A stretch of DNA of 64,000 bases from Longimicrobiales bacterium (GCA_965248195.1 CBDFIQ010000002.1:2784001-2848000), one strand, 5' to 3'. Counted from the stretch's first letter, positions 49,649-59,302 are shown. The notes: a model not told the origin generated them from the sequence alone. A program made the numbers and translations.

Positions 49649-51390
49649 CCGACCGACGATCACCGCTCCCTTCGACTTGGATTCCCCGGGATCTCTACAA
49701 GGGACCGGCCCGTCCGGAGCCCGGGGTGCTCAAGCTCGACGGTAACGAGGGGAATCCTCCACCACGCAGGCTCCTGGAGGATGTGGCGGCGGCGGACCTG
49801 TCGCAGGTCCGGGATTATCCGGACGCCCGTCCCCTGGAATCGGAGATCGCCGAACGCCTCGGAGTGGACCCGGAACGCGTCGTCGTGACCGCCGGTGCGG
49901 ACGAGGCGCTGGATCGCGTATTCCGGGTCTATCTAGCGCCTGGCCGGCGCCTGGTGCTTCCAGTTCCGGCCTTCGAGATGATGTACCGCTTCACCGCAGT
50001 GGTCGGCGGGGAGATCCACCCCGTGCCATGGACCGACACCTTCCCAACCGATGCCGTCATTGCCGCCCTGGGTGAGGCCGTCTCACTCGTTGTGATGATC
50101 TCGCCCAACAACCCAACGGGGTGCACGGCCACTGCAAGCGATCTCGAACGGGTCGCTGAGGCAGCGTCCAAGGTGGACTCCGGAGCGGCCTTCGGGGCGA
50201 TGGTCGTCCTGGACCACGCTTACGTGGAGTACTCGGATCAGGATCTCACGTCCGTCGCACAACGCTTCGACAACGTCGTCACGGTGCGCACGTTTTCGAA
50301 GGCCTGGGGATTGGCGGGCTGCCGCGTGGGCTACGCCGTGGCATCGCCCGAAGTCGCGACCCTCCTCCGTAACGTGGGGAGTCCCTTCCCGGTCGCGGGC
50401 CTCTCGTTGGCCGCGGTCCGTGCGCAGATGAGCACGGGCGAAGCGGCGTTGGGGGAGCACGTCGCAGCCGTTCGGGCCGGGCGGGCCCGCCTCACGGAGA
50501 CGCTCAACCGGCTGGGCATCGAAACGAATCAGGCTCAGGGCAACTTCGTCCTCGGTGACTTCGGCGCCCAGTGCGACTTCGTATGTGACGGCTTGAACGC
50601 ACTAGGGGTCCGTGTTCGGCGATTCCCGCACCGCCCCGAGATCAGAAACGCCTTGCGGATCACCGTGCCCGACCACGCGAAGCCGCTGGCACGGCTTCTG
50701 GAGGCCCTTGAAACCTGCCTCGCACCCGAGGCCCTTCTGTTCGACCTGGACGGAGTGATTGCGGACGTAGAGGAGTCCTATCGGCGGTGCGTACTCGAGA
50801 CGGCGGGAACGTTCGGGGTGGAGATCACGCGAGAGGAGCTCGCCACCATGGTCCTCGCGGGCGACGCCAACAACGACTGGGTGCTGACTCAACGCATCCT
50901 CGCGGGCCGGGGCGTCGAGGCGTCGCTCGACGCCGTCACAGAAGCGTACCAGGAGGTGTACCTCGGCACATCGACCTCACCGGGGCTCCGGGAATCCGAA
51001 CGCCTCCTGGTAGGGCGTGACGTCCTTTCGAGCCTCGCAGACCGACTGCCCCTGGCCATCGTGACCGGGCGGCCTCGCGAGGAGGCCGAATGGTTCCTCG
51101 ACAGGGAGGGGCTGACGGATCTTTTCCAAGCCGTCGTTTGCATGGAGGACGGCCCGCTCAAGCCGGACCCGGCGCCCGTTCGCACGGCCGCGTCTCGCCT
51201 CGGCGTGGAGCGCGCCTGGATGGTAGGCGACACGCCCGACGACATCCGCGCCGCATCAGGCGCTGGCGCCGTACCCATCGGCGTCGTCGCGCCCGGACCC
51301 GACCCCACCGCCAGCGCCGTCGCCCTCCGTGAAGCCGGAGCCGCCACGATACTGGCGGCAATCGATGACCTGATGGAGCTACTTCCATGA
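49645..51390 (+). CDS. hisC: Histidinol-phosphate aminotransferase fused to a HAD phosphatase (probable histidinol-phosphatase)
   Basis: LDGNE, AGADEA, SPNNPTG, RTFSKAWGLAGCRVGY; then FDLDGV, VTGRP, KPDP and MVGDTPDD (HAD motifs I-IV). Confidence 0.92.
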   Translation: MTDRRSPLPSTWIPRDLYKGPARPEPGVLKLDGNEGNPPPRRLLEDVAAADLSQVRDYPDARPLESEIAERLGVDPERVVVTAGADEALDRVFRVYLAPGRRLVLPVPAFEMMYRFTAVVGGEIHPVPWTDTFPTDAVIAALGEAVSLVVMISPNNPTGCTATASDLERVAEAASKVDSGAAFGAMVVLDHAYVEYSDQDLTSVAQRFDNVVTVRTFSKAWGLAGCRVGYAVASPEVATLLRNVGSPFPVAGLSLAAVRAQMSTGEAALGEHVAAVRAGRARLTETLNRLGIETNQAQGNFVLGDFGAQCDFVCDGLNALGVRVRRFPHRPEIRNALRITVPDHAKPLARLLEALETCLAPEALLFDLDGVIADVEESYRRCVLETAGTFGVEITREELATMVLAGDANNDWVLTQRILAGRGVEASLDAVTEAYQEVYLGTSTSPGLRESERLLVGRDVLSSLADRLPLAIVTGRPREEAEWFLDREGLTDLFQAVVCMEDGPLKPDPAPVRTAASRLGVERAWMVGDTPDDIRAASGAGAVPIGVVAPGPDPTASAVALREAGAATILAAIDDLMELLP

Positions 51391-51418
51391 TTACAACCCT
51401 CCCTTCGGAGAAGCCGAC

Positions 51419-52021
51419 ATGACTCCCCGAAACGCCACGATCGACCGCAAGACCAACGAGACCGAAATCAGCGTCACGCTCGAGCTGGACGGAACAGGCT
51501 CGTCGGATGCCCAGACGGGCATCGGCTTTCTCGACCACCTGCTCGACGCTCTCGTCCGCCACGGCCGATTCGACCTCGAGCTTCGCTGCAAGGGGGATCT
51601 CCAGGTCGACGACCACCACACCGCGGAGGATTGCGGCCTGGCACTGGGCAGCGCCCTCCAGAAGGCCCTCGGCGACCGCGTGGGAATCGCACGTTTCGGT
51701 TACGCCTACGCGCCCCTGGACGAGGCGCTCGCGCGAGCGGTCGTGGACATCTCCGGGCGTCCCTTCGCTGCCATCGACCTGGGCCTCACGCGCGAGCGCC
51801 TGGGGGAACTGTCGTGCGAGAACATTCCACACGTGCTGAGCTCCCTGGCCGCGGCGGCGGGCATCACCCTCCACGTCGACGTGCTCAGCGGCGACAACGA
51901 CCACCACCGCGCCGAGGCGGCCTTCAAGGCCGTGGCGCTCGCGCTCCGGGCAGCCGTGCGTGCGTCGGGTTTCGACGACGTCCCATCCACCAAAGGCACG
52001 ATCGGAGGCGTCGCCCCGTGA
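51419..52021 (+). CDS. hisB: Imidazoleglycerol-phosphate dehydratase, monofunctional
   Basis: RKTNET, TGIGFLDHLL, DDHHTAED, PLDEAL, NDHHRAEAAFKA, PSTKG. Confidence 0.97.
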   Translation: MTPRNATIDRKTNETEISVTLELDGTGSSDAQTGIGFLDHLLDALVRHGRFDLELRCKGDLQVDDHHTAEDCGLALGSALQKALGDRVGIARFGYAYAPLDEALARAVVDISGRPFAAIDLGLTRERLGELSCENIPHVLSSLAAAAGITLHVDVLSGDNDHHRAEAAFKAVALALRAAVRASGFDDVPSTKGTIGGVAP

Positions 52022-53517
52022 GCGATTCGAACGCAGAGCCTGCGCCGACGCCCGCAGAGTGCCACGTGGCGATCATCGACTCTGGGGTGGCCAACCTCGC
52101 GGCCGTCGAGAGCGCCCTGACGGCTCTGGGCGTCGAGTATTCGATCACCGGGGATCCGAAGGCCGTGCTGGAAGCCAGCCACGCGGTTCTGCCCGGCGTG
52201 GGGCGGTTTTCCGCCGGCCTCGAGACCCTTTGTCGTAATGGCCTCGACGAGGCGGTGCGCGAGGTGCACGAACGAGGGACACCGCTCCTCGCCGTCTGCC
52301 TGGGCATGCAGATGCTCGGAGCCGGGAGTGACGAGAGCCCGGACACACTGGGACTCGGCATCGTCTCCGGCCGGTTCCAGCGCTTGCCCGACTCGGTACG
52401 CGTACCCCATCTGGGGTGGAATCAGGTGAGCGCCGATGAGGGCTCCGGCCTCCCGAGCGGTACGGCCGCCTTCGCCAATTCGTTCTACTTGCCGGAGGCT
52501 CCCAGCGGGTGGGACGCCGCCTGGACGACTCACGGAGCGACGTTCGTTTCGATGCTCGCCCAGGGACGGACTCTCGCGTGCCAGTTCCACCCGGAGCTCT
52601 CCGGACCATTCGGCATGGGGCTCATCCAGGACTGGCTCAGAGGAAAGCTTCCGGTGCGGGTAGATCCTGGCTCCGGCGCGGGCGCAAGCGATCCCGCCAC
52701 TACGGCCAAAATCGGCCACGGAAGCCCGGCCCCGGACGAGGGCAACGACCGCACCGTGTGGCGCGAGGTCGCGCCCCGGATCGTCCCTTGTCTCGATGTG
52801 AAGGACGGGAGGGTGGTGAAGGGCATCCGCTTCCAGAACCTCCGAGACGCGGGTGATCCGGCCGACCAGGCCGGAGAGTACGAACGCCAAGGGGCGGACG
52901 AGATCGTCATTCTCGACATCGGGGCCTCCGCCGAGGCGCGCGAAACGCAACGTGAAACGGTGCGCGCCGTGCGCCGGCGCATCCACATCCCGCTCACAGT
53001 AGGCGGCGGCGTCCGAACCGTAGACGACGCGCGGGGCCTTCTGGCTGCAGGCGCCGACAAAGTGAGTGTCAACACGGCCGCCGTCCGGGATCCGAGCCTT
53101 CTGGAGCGGTTGAGCCAGGCATTCGGCACACAGTGTGTGGTGTTGGCCATCGACGCACGCCGATTGGGCGACAGTTGGGACACCCTGGTCGTGGGCGGGA
53201 GGGAGGCGACGGGTATCGACGCGATCGAGTGGGGACGCGAGGGCACGCGCCTCGGGGCCGGCGAGATCCTGCTCACGAGTTGGGATCGGGACGGGACCCG
53301 CGCCGGCTGCGACGTGGAGTTGCTCGAAGCCATGCGCGAGGCGGTGGATGTGCCGGTCATCGCATCCGGCGGCATCGGCACGCCGGACGACGTGGCCACA
53401 GCATTCCGAGCCGGTGCCGATGCCGTCTTGGCCGCCTCGGTCTTTCATGACGGAGACCTCACGGTCGGGCAGATCAAGACTTACGTATCAGAGCAAGGAC
53501 TGGCAGTGCGCCCATGA
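52018..53517 (+). CDS. hisHF: Fused imidazole glycerol phosphate synthase HisH-HisF
   Basis: GTG start overlaps the hisB stop. LPGVG, CLGMQ, VPHLGWN, QFHPE; about 40-aa linker; RIVPCLDV…VVKG, GADE, PLTVGGG, DRDGT, IASGG. Confidence 0.93.
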   Translation: MSDSNAEPAPTPAECHVAIIDSGVANLAAVESALTALGVEYSITGDPKAVLEASHAVLPGVGRFSAGLETLCRNGLDEAVREVHERGTPLLAVCLGMQMLGAGSDESPDTLGLGIVSGRFQRLPDSVRVPHLGWNQVSADEGSGLPSGTAAFANSFYLPEAPSGWDAAWTTHGATFVSMLAQGRTLACQFHPELSGPFGMGLIQDWLRGKLPVRVDPGSGAGASDPATTAKIGHGSPAPDEGNDRTVWREVAPRIVPCLDVKDGRVVKGIRFQNLRDAGDPADQAGEYERQGADEIVILDIGASAEARETQRETVRAVRRRIHIPLTVGGGVRTVDDARGLLAAGADKVSVNTAAVRDPSLLERLSQAFGTQCVVLAIDARRLGDSWDTLVVGGREATGIDAIEWGREGTRLGAGEILLTSWDRDGTRAGCDVELLEAMREAVDVPVIASGGIGTPDDVATAFRAGADAVLAASVFHDGDLTVGQIKTYVSEQGLAVRP

Positions 53518-54893
53518 TCATTCCCAGCATCGACCTCATGGATGGACGCGCGGTTCAGCTGCGCCGAGGTAAGGAGTTCGTCCTCGACGGAGGCGATCCG
53601 TTCGAGCGGCTCGAGGAGTTCTCCGTGGCGGGCGAGGTCGCGGTCGTCGACTTGGATGCAGCCATGGGAAAAGGATCCAACGCCCCGATCATTCGCGAGT
53701 TGGTCCGGCAGGCGCCTTGCCGCGTCGGTGGCGGGATCCGGGATATCGACACTGCTCTGGCGTGGCTGGACGTCGGCGCGGAACACGTGGTCATCGGAAC
53801 AGCCGCGTCCGTGGAGTTCTGCTCGCTGCTGCCTCGGGATCGGGTCATCGCCGCCGTCGACGCCGAGGCTGGCAGGGTGGTCGTGGAGGGTTGGCAGACC
53901 AAGACCGAACACGGCGTGATCGATCGCATTCAAGAATTGTCACCGGTCGTGGGTGGCTTCCTGCTGACGCAGGTGGAGTATGAGGGGGGTATGTCGGGCT
54001 GGAACGAAGATCTGGTCGGCCAGGCCGTGCAGGCGGCTGGCTCGGTCCGGATCACAGCAGCGGGAGGGATCACCACGGCCGAAGATGTGGGTCGGCTGGA
54101 TCAACTCGGTGCGGACGCCCAAGTGGGGATGGCGCTCTATACGAACCGCATGAGCCTGGGTGAGGCGGTCGGCGCCCCCTTGGTCAAGGCGATCGACGGA
54201 CGACTCTGGCCCACTGTCGTGTGCGATGAAGAGGGGCACGCCCTCGGGCTGGTGTGGAGTACACGTGAGAGCCTCGAGGCGGCGGTGCGGGAACGGCGGG
54301 GAATCTACTGGTCCCGCTCCCGAGATTCGCTCTGGATCAAGGGAGAGACCTCCGGGGCAACCCAGGAGCTGCTTCGCGTGGAGTTGGACTGCGACCGCGA
54401 CGCTCTCCGCTTCGTCGTTCGCCAGCAGGGCTCCGGCTTCTGCCACACGGGAACCCCCGGGTGCTGGCCGACCCCTTTTACGCTCTCTACGCTCTCGGAC
54501 GTCATCGCACGTCGTGGCCAGGAGGCTCCGGAGGGATCAGGGACGGCCAAACTCATGGGAGATCCGGCTCTTCTCGCGTCGAAACTCCGCGAAGAGACGG
54601 AGGAACTGATCCAGGCTCTTCAGACCGACAGAACCGGAGGTGGGACCTCGGACAAGGACGACGCCAGTACCGTGGATGAGGATGGTGCTGGACCCTCGGA
54701 TAAGGACGACGCCGAAAGCGAAGGCGCGAGTGAAGTGATCCACGAGGCGGCCGACCTTCTCTACTTCACGCTCGTCGCCGCCTCGAACCATGGCGCCGGT
54801 GTCGATGCACTCCGCCGTGAACTGGCTCGACGAAACCTCCGGGTTCGGCGGCGGCCGATGACGGCGAAGCCCGACGAGGGAGGGGATCGATGA
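53514..54893 (+). CDS. hisA: Fused HisA-HisI-HisE (ProFAR isomerase / PR-AMP cyclohydrolase / PR-ATP pyrophosphatase)
   Basis: IIPSIDL..GRAVQL, VGGGIR, AAGGI; YWSRSR..WIKGETSG, DCDRD, CHTG; KLREE, EAADLLY. Confidence 0.9.
   Translation: MIIPSIDLMDGRAVQLRRGKEFVLDGGDPFERLEEFSVAGEVAVVDLDAAMGKGSNAPIIRELVRQAPCRVGGGIRDIDTALAWLDVGAEHVVIGTAASVEFCSLLPRDRVIAAVDAEAGRVVVEGWQTKTEHGVIDRIQELSPVVGGFLLTQVEYEGGMSGWNEDLVGQAVQAAGSVRITAAGGITTAEDVGRLDQLGADAQVGMALYTNRMSLGEAVGAPLVKAIDGRLWPTVVCDEEGHALGLVWSTRESLEAAVRERRGIYWSRSRDSLWIKGETSGATQELLRVELDCDRDALRFVVRQQGSGFCHTGTPGCWPTPFTLSTLSDVIARRGQEAPEGSGTAKLMGDPALLASKLREETEELIQALQTDRTGGGTSDKDDASTVDEDGAGPSDKDDAESEGASEVIHEAADLLYFTLVAASNHGAGVDALRRELARRNLRVRRRPMTAKPDEGGDR
54646..54713 (+). 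repeat. 20-bp direct repeat (19/20 identical, 48-bp period) inside the HisE domain
   Basis: CCTCGGACAAGGACGACGCC at 54646 and CCTCGGATAAGGACGACGCC at 54694; encodes SDKDDA twice. Confidence 0.85.
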
Positions 54894-56155
54894 GCCAGCC
54901 CCTTCTCCCCCGCCGCCGGGCGGAGGAGCTCCAACGCCGCAAGAAAGGCGGCGTGCCCCCCGAGATTCTCGCGGAGGCAACGGTCATCGTGGAGCATGTC
55001 CGCACCGGCGGAGAAGAGGCCTTGAGGGAATACACCACTCGCTTCGAGGACTGTGCACCGGACGCGCCCCTCTACCTGACTGGGAAGGCGCTGAAGAACC
55101 ACTTGGTTGATCTCCCCGGGGATGAGCGGAACCGCCTCGAGCGCATTGCCGATCGAATCCGAACGTTCGCCCGGTCGCAGCGAGGAGCGCTCGCGCCGGT
55201 GGACACGCCGGTACCAGGAGGGCGAGCCGGTCACCGTATCGATCCGGTCGAGGCCGCAGGGTGCTACGCGCCGGGCGGCCGCTATCCCCTGCCCTCCTCG
55301 GTGCTCATGACCGTGGTTACCGCACGAGCGGCGGGTGTGCGATCCGTATGGGTCGCGAGCCCCCGCCCAGCCCCGATCACGCTGGCGGCTGCGGCGGTAG
55401 CGGATGCCGACGGCGTCCTGGTCGCGGGCGGAGCCCATGCGATCGCGGCCCTGGCGTTCGGGGTCGGCCCCGTTGCCCCGAGCGACGTCGTGGTAGGCCC
55501 CGGAAATCTGTACGTGACCGCCGCGAAGCAACTGCTCGCCGGACAAGTCCAGATCGATATGCTCGCAGGCCCTTCGGAGCTGGTGGTCATCGCCGACGGC
55601 GACGCCAACCCCGCCTGGGTCGCGGCCGATCTCCTGGCACAGGCGGAGCATGACCCCGATGCGGTGCCGATCCTGATCTCCATCGGCGCGGGCCTCCCCG
55701 CTCTGGTCGAGCGAGAGATCGGGCGTCAGCTCGCGGATCTGCCGACGGCCTCCACGGCAAGGGAGGCGCTCTCGAACGGAGGGGTCATCGCCTGCGAAAC
55801 CGAAGAGGACGCGCGTCTAGCCTGCGACGCCATCGCACCCGAACATCTGCAACTCTCCGTGTCGAACCCCGAAGCCTGGCCGGATCGACTCCGTCACTAC
55901 GGCGCCCTCTTCATCGGTGAACGCGCGGCAGAGGTGTTCGGGGATTACGGCATGGGGCCCAACCACGTCCTGCCCACGGGCGGCACCGCTAGAGCGCGGG
56001 GTGGGCTTTCCGTCATGGACTTCCTCCGGGTGCGCACTTGGATCCGGGCCGATTCGGATCTCGATGCGGATTTGATCGAGGATGTGGCGTGGTTCGCTCG
56101 GCAAGAGGGTCTCGAGGCTCACGCCAGGGCCGCAGAGATCAGGCGGCGCACCTGA
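54890..56155 (+). CDS. hisD: Histidinol dehydrogenase
   Basis: [58 protein letters not shown]. Confidence 0.97.
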   Translation: MSQPLLPRRRAEELQRRKKGGVPPEILAEATVIVEHVRTGGEEALREYTTRFEDCAPDAPLYLTGKALKNHLVDLPGDERNRLERIADRIRTFARSQRGALAPVDTPVPGGRAGHRIDPVEAAGCYAPGGRYPLPSSVLMTVVTARAAGVRSVWVASPRPAPITLAAAAVADADGVLVAGGAHAIAALAFGVGPVAPSDVVVGPGNLYVTAAKQLLAGQVQIDMLAGPSELVVIADGDANPAWVAADLLAQAEHDPDAVPILISIGAGLPALVEREIGRQLADLPTASTAREALSNGGVIACETEEDARLACDAIAPEHLQLSVSNPEAWPDRLRHYGALFIGERAAEVFGDYGMGPNHVLPTGGTARARGGLSVMDFLRVRTWIRADSDLDADLIEDVAWFARQEGLEAHARAAEIRRRT

Positions 56156-56161
56156 ACGAGA

Positions 56162-56197
56162 CATCCCCCTGCGGCCGCTCAGGGCCGCAGGGGGATG
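56162..56197. terminator. Perfect 15-bp hairpin between convergent genes; probable bidirectional terminator or 3' stabiliser
   Basis: CATCCCCCTGCGGCC-gctcag-GGCCGCAGGGGGATG; no strong U-tract. Confidence 0.7.
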
Positions 56198-56223
56198 GTC
56201 GATCCTAATTGACTTCGGAAAAG

Positions 56224-57606
56224 CTAGCGATTGTCGCCCTGGTCGTCGTCGGCCGCCGGGCGTGCCTCCCTCGCCGCGACCTGCCTCTCGAACTCATCCT
56301 GTTCCAGATAGGTCACGTCCACCCAGGCGTGGGCCATTTCATCGACCGTCCGGTCCCCATATCCGACCCACTGACGCGAGTCCGGGTTGTTGGGATTCGA
56401 CTCGGTATTATCGTGCCACGCCGTGAACACGAGCGTCGTGCCCTTGGGAAGCAAAGGAGCCACGTCCTCTTCGTAGACGTAGTTCACGTGCCAATTCCAC
56501 TGGAAGTTGTCGACCGAACTCAGTAATTCTTTGCGGCCATCCGGGTAGATCGCCTCCATGGACATCGCCTTGCCGCGCATGTGCATGTGCGGCTGGAAGT
56601 TCTCCAGACGCCCAGGCGCTTGCATCACATGGAAGTTCTGCGTCACGCTCACCTGCCCCGGAGGAATGTCGAGCTCCTCACCGACCGCCTGGAATAAATT
56701 CAGAACCGTGCGGTTTTCCGGTACGTAGCCCTCGGGGTAGAAGTACACCCCGAGCTCGACCACGTTGTCCCTCACCTCTTCGCCGATCGCGTGCATGTGG
56801 ATCTCCCAACTGATCTGGGAGCCCGGCAGCATCAGCTTACCGGCGTCCGCCGGGAAGACCTCTCCGACCTTACCCACTGCCCACTCCATGAACAGCACGG
56901 CACCCACGCCCGGACCGCCTTGGATGGCGGCCGCTGTGCTCGCGAGGCCCGCCATCCCGCCCTCTTCCCGCTGAAGGAGGAAAGCGAGCGCGTGGTGCAC
57001 GATCTTCCGTCCGTCCGGATACGCCGGCTTCATCTCGATCGCACGCACCCAACGAGGCTCCGTGATCCCGCTGGGAACCGTGGGACGGAACCACTTGTCC
57101 TGAGTTACCGCCGCCAGCGTGTACGGCTCGGACCGAATGATCAGGTCCGGCTCACCGAAACGATCCGCCAGCTGCCAACGGTTCGGATCCGGGAACTCCA
57201 TAGGCGCCGGCTCGTCTGCCGCGTCACCGTACACCGCGCCCTGGTCCACCCAACCCACGATCGTCTCGATCTGTTCGTCCGTCAGGCCACGATCGTTCTT
57301 GAAGCCCTGGATTCCCACGGTACGGTTGATGTGGTACGGAGGCATTATGCGGCTCTCGACCTTGATCTTGATCAGCGGAGCGTACGTCCGCACCTGCTCA
57401 TACGTCAGCAACGACATGGGTGCCACCGAGTTCGGCTGATGACAGATCTGGCACTTCTCCTGCAGGATCGGCGCCACGTCCCGCACGTATGTGACCTGTT
57501 CGCCGGCATCCTGCGCCGGGAGTTCCGCCGCCGGCGAGGCGACCATGGCCATCACTCCGAACGTAATACCGCTCAAGAGCACTCGGCTGATTCTCGTCTC
57601 TGTCAT
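56224..57606 (-). CDS. Cytochrome c domain fused to a copper type II (PHM-like) monooxygenase, copy 3
   Basis: CQICH, MPPY, VHH, EIH, PHMHMRGK, FQWNWH, DEMAH. Confidence 0.82.
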   Translation of the reverse strand: MTETRISRVLLSGITFGVMAMVASPAAELPAQDAGEQVTYVRDVAPILQEKCQICHQPNSVAPMSLLTYEQVRTYAPLIKIKVESRIMPPYHINRTVGIQGFKNDRGLTDEQIETIVGWVDQGAVYGDAADEPAPMEFPDPNRWQLADRFGEPDLIIRSEPYTLAAVTQDKWFRPTVPSGITEPRWVRAIEMKPAYPDGRKIVHHALAFLLQREEGGMAGLASTAAAIQGGPGVGAVLFMEWAVGKVGEVFPADAGKLMLPGSQISWEIHMHAIGEEVRDNVVELGVYFYPEGYVPENRTVLNLFQAVGEELDIPPGQVSVTQNFHVMQAPGRLENFQPHMHMRGKAMSMEAIYPDGRKELLSSVDNFQWNWHVNYVYEEDVAPLLPKGTTLVFTAWHDNTESNPNNPDSRQWVGYGDRTVDEMAHAWVDVTYLEQDEFERQVAAREARPAADDDQGDNR

Positions 57607-57629
57607 GAGTCCAATCCCTATTTTCGTAT

Positions 57630-58490
57630 TCACGGGTTGACGGATACCCTCACGAAACCGTTGGACCAGCAGCACTGAGAATGCCCAGCGCCGGCGACCC
57701 CCGAGGAATCGGTGGCACGGATACGTATAACATACTGTCCCGGAGTTTCGAAGCTCACGCTGTTCACGATCGAAACCTCCGCATCGCTGACTCGATGACT
57801 TGCCTCACCGAACGTGACGTCGCCCGGTCCCTGATGCTTGAACCACGTCAGCGTCGCGAGCGTGCTTCGTGTGCCGCCGCGGGAGAACCCGCCGAGTCTC
57901 CGCCCCTTGCCGTCGTCGTTCGCGTACACCGTGATGTCCACGGGCTCGCCCACCGAGGTGCGAAGCGGACCATAGACGATGCCCGATGCTCCGGGGCCCC
58001 TCACCTCCGGGCCGCCTTGCACGAATTGAAGCACCGGGGGCGTGTTGTCATGCGCCCCTTCATGCAGCGCGTCGATCTTCCAATCAGGGTGCAGGTGGCC
58101 CGGAACCATGAAAGTCTGTCCCTTCATCTTCAGAGTCCACGTCACCTCCTGGTCCCCATAATCCCCGGGGACGCGCACAGCGAACGTGCCCCAGTGGCGA
58201 CCCTCCTCGAAGCGCGTCGGCTGATTCTGTGCCAGACCCGCAGGTTCGATCATGTTGTCGGAGCCGAGCGGAATCTCGAGGACTTCTCCCGTATTCCGGT
58301 TGTAGTAGCCGAACGAAAGGCTGTACGTCCCGTCGGCGTTCTCATACCAGCCCTCGTAAGCCGGCGTCACCGTCCGCCCGGTCGCGCTACTCGGCGGCAG
58401 CGGTATCTGTTGTATAGCTGAGATCGGGCCGCCCACCAGGAGCGCGAGCGCAAAGCCGAGACCGTACGTGATTTTTCGTCTTCCTCGCAC
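57630..58490 (-). CDS. Exported hypothetical protein, 'EGW..N.DG…CCWxN' family, copy 2
   Basis: PAYEGWYENADGTYSLSFGYYNRN, WFKHQGPGDV, QCCWSNG. Confidence 0.85.
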   Translation of the reverse strand: MRGRRKITYGLGFALALLVGGPISAIQQIPLPPSSATGRTVTPAYEGWYENADGTYSLSFGYYNRNTGEVLEIPLGSDNMIEPAGLAQNQPTRFEEGRHWGTFAVRVPGDYGDQEVTWTLKMKGQTFMVPGHLHPDWKIDALHEGAHDNTPPVLQFVQGGPEVRGPGASGIVYGPLRTSVGEPVDITVYANDDGKGRRLGGFSRGGTRSTLATLTWFKHQGPGDVTFGEASHRVSDAEVSIVNSVSFETPGQYVIRIRATDSSGVAGAGHSQCCWSNGFVRVSVNP

Positions 58491-58779
58491 GAGTCGCTCC
58501 TTGGATCACGGGCGCACGCGACATGAGGGGCGGCGGGATGGCGCGCCCTCCGTGGATCGGGCCCAAAATTTCTCATCGCCACGCCCATCGCGCAAGCGAA
58601 AGACCACGGTACTAAGCTTCTACATCCGCTTGCAGCCCTTCGACGTGCTGAAGGCTCTTCTTGGTTCGGGCAGAGAGGACCCGACGATCCTCCTCGTCCC
58701 CCCCGCCGATGATAGAACGATGATACCCACTGATTAGGGTGATCACTCACGACGCTCACTCTAACCAGGAGTCTTATTG

Positions 58780-58968
58780 ATGACGACTTTGACGCTGGAC
58801 GCGATGCGGACGCTCCACGGGGCCGTGATCCCGAGACGAAGAAGAGGGGCATACTGTGGGTTCCTGGTAGGTGCCTTGGCGATGGCCCTTCTAACGGGAA
58901 ATCTGGTCGCCGCCGCGGCTGTCTACACGTTCACACCCGTTACGTGTCTCTTCGATTACGCGATGTAA
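58780..58968 (+). CDS. Putative double-glycine-leader precursor peptide A (15-aa leader ending GA, 47-aa core)
   Basis: AGGAG RBS at 58767; leader MTTLTLDAMRTLHGA; hydrophobic core with C-x29-C; C39 transporter downstream. Confidence 0.8.
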   Translation: MTTLTLDAMRTLHGAVIPRRRRGAYCGFLVGALAMALLTGNLVAAAAVYTFTPVTCLFDYAM

Positions 58969-59017
58969 CGGCCCGGAACAGACACCATGATTCACTTTCA
59001 CCATGAGGATCAGGTCC

Positions 59018-59212
59018 ATGCGAGAGCTTACGATACGTCAAATGTCCGAAGCGGATGGGGGGATAGGTTTCAGAGGCGGCTTCTTTAGGGGGTTTCTTTG
59101 CGGCGCGGCGCTCTTCGCTGCGTTCGCGATCACCCCGACTACCAGTGGGCTCGCACGAGCGGTCATCTATACCACAGCGATAGGAGTCTGTGGCAACGCC
59201 TTTGCCGTCTAG
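59018..59212 (+). CDS. Putative double-glycine-leader precursor peptide B (15-aa leader ending GG, 49-aa core)
   Basis: GAGGA RBS at 59005; leader MRELTIRQMSEADGG; hydrophobic core with C-x29-C. Confidence 0.85.
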   Translation: MRELTIRQMSEADGGIGFRGGFFRGFLCGAALFAAFAITPTTSGLARAVIYTTAIGVCGNAFAV

Positions 59213-59218
59213 CAGGTC

Positions 59219-59249
59219 GGGGGCCGGGTCCGTCGGGCACCCGGCCCCC
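59219..59249 (+). terminator. 11-bp GC hairpin just after the precursor genes; partial terminator or mRNA stabiliser
   Basis: GGGGGCCGGGT-ccgtcgggc-ACCCGGCCCCC; only a weak pyrimidine tail. Confidence 0.6.
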
Positions 59250-59302
59250 TTCCCTGCGGGCTAAGCCATGAATCTTCCGACCACTTCAAGTTGCGACGTC
59301 CG

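Noticed and set aside
51631..52017. N-terminal extension of the hisHF ORF
   Set aside because: It is a shadow frame over hisB; the GTG at 52018 overlaps the hisB stop and begins the HisH domain.
56224..59212. PHM-like copy 3 acting as an amidating enzyme for the neighbouring precursor peptides
   Set aside because: Neither precursor ends in Gly (…YAM, …FAV), no PAL-like lyase is adjacent, the genes are divergent, and the same module occurs elsewhere without peptides.
58780..59212. Lanthipeptide, sactipeptide or circular bacteriocin assignment
   Set aside because: No LanM/LanKC, radical SAM or SpoIIM/DUF95 gene is in the window; the class cannot be fixed until the downstream sequence is seen.
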